DNA of 64,000 nucleotides from Podarcis vaucheri (lineage: Eukaryota): the NCBI GenBank assembly GCA_965113315.1, contig OZ220376.1; one strand, written 5' to 3'. Both the position numbers and the translations under genes were made by a program. Below the pieces are notes generated by a model. It was not told the origin of the DNA, did no database searches, and saw only the letters and a program-made list of their open reading frames with translations. Shown piece after piece: positions 62,036 to 64,000 of the stretch (its first letter is position 1; each line of letters opens with the position of its first letter).

Positions 62036-63241
62036 AACATTAGCCATTCGTTATGCCAACAGGGGTTCCTTTTACAAAAGGTTTTGTAACCAGTTTTAAA
62101 GCTAGGCTTAAAACGCTGCTTAACAGGCAATGCTGGTGAGCATTAACCACAGTGCCATCTGGCAGCGGGAGAAGAGGGAACTCATGCCAGCGTAAGGAGA
62201 CGTGGGGGGATGCAAACCTGCTAATAAGAAGGTAAGAAGAGCCTGCTAGATCAGTCCAGAGGCCCATCCAGTCCAGTATCCTGTTCTCACAGCGCCCAAC
62301 TAGACACCTATGGGAAGCCCACGAGCCAACGTTCAAAATTCGCCTGGTGCCAGGCACTTTGGGCACATGGCTATTGGCCACTTGCAACCAAGTGAAGATG
62401 CCCAGGTGCCAGGATGGCACCTGAAGTCTCCGCCATCTGGATGTGCATGCCTGGGGGTCCTTGGATCTTGACTGTTTTCACATGCTAGCAACACGTTCTG
62501 TAGAATTCTATCCACTATATACTTTGTCTGCACAATCAGAATTTCTCGAACCAAAATGAGCACAGAATGTGGGCTGTCCCTGGATCAAGTGGTTTTTCTT
62601 CTTTAGGATCTCAAAGCTCTTAATCTAGCTCAAGGCTGTCATCTGAACTAGCCAGATGTTTCACTGAGAATCCATCATGGTCAGTCCATCGTTTGAAAAA
62701 TAAGACTTTAGAGCTGTCTTGCCCCCAAATGGCAACTAGATGATTTGGCGATTGTAATGTTGGTTAAAGGAACAATTTGGCGCCTGGCTTATATATCTGA
62801 GTTTCTAACACTGCCACAAGCAGAATCTGAGTAGAAGAGCACGTCTCCCCTCAGTTCCTGCCCCTTAAGTATGGTGAAGTAACTGGGAGTGTTACACTGT
62901 CCCTATCCCAACAGAAGCTGGGATATTGTAAACCACACTGTGATCCTTGGATGAAAGGTGGTATAGAAACTTAATAAATAATAATATGATAAATAAGTAG
63001 CCAGCAAGAGCTCTGGGATTCATAATGAGGCTACACTGAATAGCAAAGTTAAGTGCTTTTTTAAAAGGGCCCAAAGCAGGACATTAAGGGATTGGGAGAA
63101 GCCCCTGTGATGGATAGCTGCAGGATGGGTCGTCCTGGAGTAACCTGAGGCATTGCAGAGTACAGCAAGTCACATGGTACTATTGACAGAGATCGGTACT
63201 GGTCAGCAGCACAGTGAAGGCTGGGTAGTGTTTCTCACCTC

Positions 63242-63379
63242 CAGCGGTTCTTAACCTGTGGGTCCCCAGATATTGTTGGACTACAACTCCCATCATCCCT
63301 GAGCTCTGGCCTTGCTAGCTAGGGGTGATGGGAGTTGTAGTTCAACAACATCTGGGGACCCACAGGTTGAGAAAGGCTG
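63242..63379. mobile_element. Palindromic hAT-derived MITE
   Basis: aacctgtgggtccccagat / atctggggacccacaggtt inverted arms. Confidence 0.75.
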
Positions 63380-63759
63380 CTCTAGGAGCTGGCAGTGATG
63401 TTTGATGATGGGAAGGCAGGTGAGCAACACCACCCTGTCTGCGCTGCCCAATACTGCTGCCCCTACCAGTGCACAGCTACAAATGAATATTGATGGATTT
63501 CCCCCAATAGCAATTTTGAGCATGTTACTTCCTCTACCACCTAGTGTTACAAAATCAGCATTGTCAATATTAACTCTTTTCTGGCATGAACCTCAACAGT
63601 TACTGGTTCAACTCCCTACCTTGAAGGGGCTGAAGTGGTTACAGAAAGCATCTGGTAACTACAATAAATCCCCCAAAATAATACAGGTAAAACCAGTGCA
63701 ATTTTTCCTGAAAAAGAGGTGCTAGAACTCGTCACGAGCACCTCCCTTGCTCTCTTATA

Positions 63760-63959
63760 CAGACGTACTTTGGAAGTCGAACAGAATCCGTTCCAGAAGT
63801 CCATTCAACTTCCAAAACATCCTGCAGCCAACTGGAAGCCGTGCTGGATGTTCGGTTTCTGAAAATCATTCAAAAACCGGAACAATCACTTCCGGTTTCC
63901 GATCATTCGGGAGCCAAAACATTTGAGTTAACAGGCGTTCAGCTTCCGAGGTTCCATTG
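63760..63959. mobile_element. Tc1/mariner-pogo type MITE (degenerate)
   Basis: TA-flanked; related to 18218-18438. Confidence 0.6.
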
Positions 63960-64000
63960 TAATGGCAATAGCGCCCACCTGAGAGGTGCCAGAACAAAAA

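Overview
Vertebrate genomic DNA, most likely a lacertid lizard, judged from abundant Sauria-type SINEs and squamate CR1/L1/L2/hAT/Tc1-mariner repeats. Three intron-containing genes lie in tandem on the minus strand. They are the 3' part of ZNF592 (7 coding exons, 51075->39596, 507 aa in window; the large upstream exon lies beyond 64000), a complete SEC11A (6 exons, 32778->22389, 179 aa) and a complete neuromedin B precursor NMB (3 exons, 9251->3367, 123 aa). All exon joins were read by hand and give GT-AG introns with consistent phases. The most interesting signals cluster on NMB. (i) The normally invariant decapeptide GNLWATGHFM is ENLWATGHFM here and the N-terminal extension is shortened. 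(ii) The C-terminal extension has a second Gly-Lys-Arg cleavage/amidation signal. (iii) An orphan CpG-island promoter (octamer plus TATA plus splice donor) points at NMB from about 2.7 kb upstream, inside a 5.5 kb segment bracketed by an inverted duplication. (iv) NMB intron 1 holds a perfect palindrome with 81-bp arms and a Penelope-type hammerhead core. A 1.3 kb non-autonomous hAT element carrying CpG-island-like cargo sits in a ZNF592 intron. No database search was possible; gene and repeat-family calls rest on recognition of the sequence.
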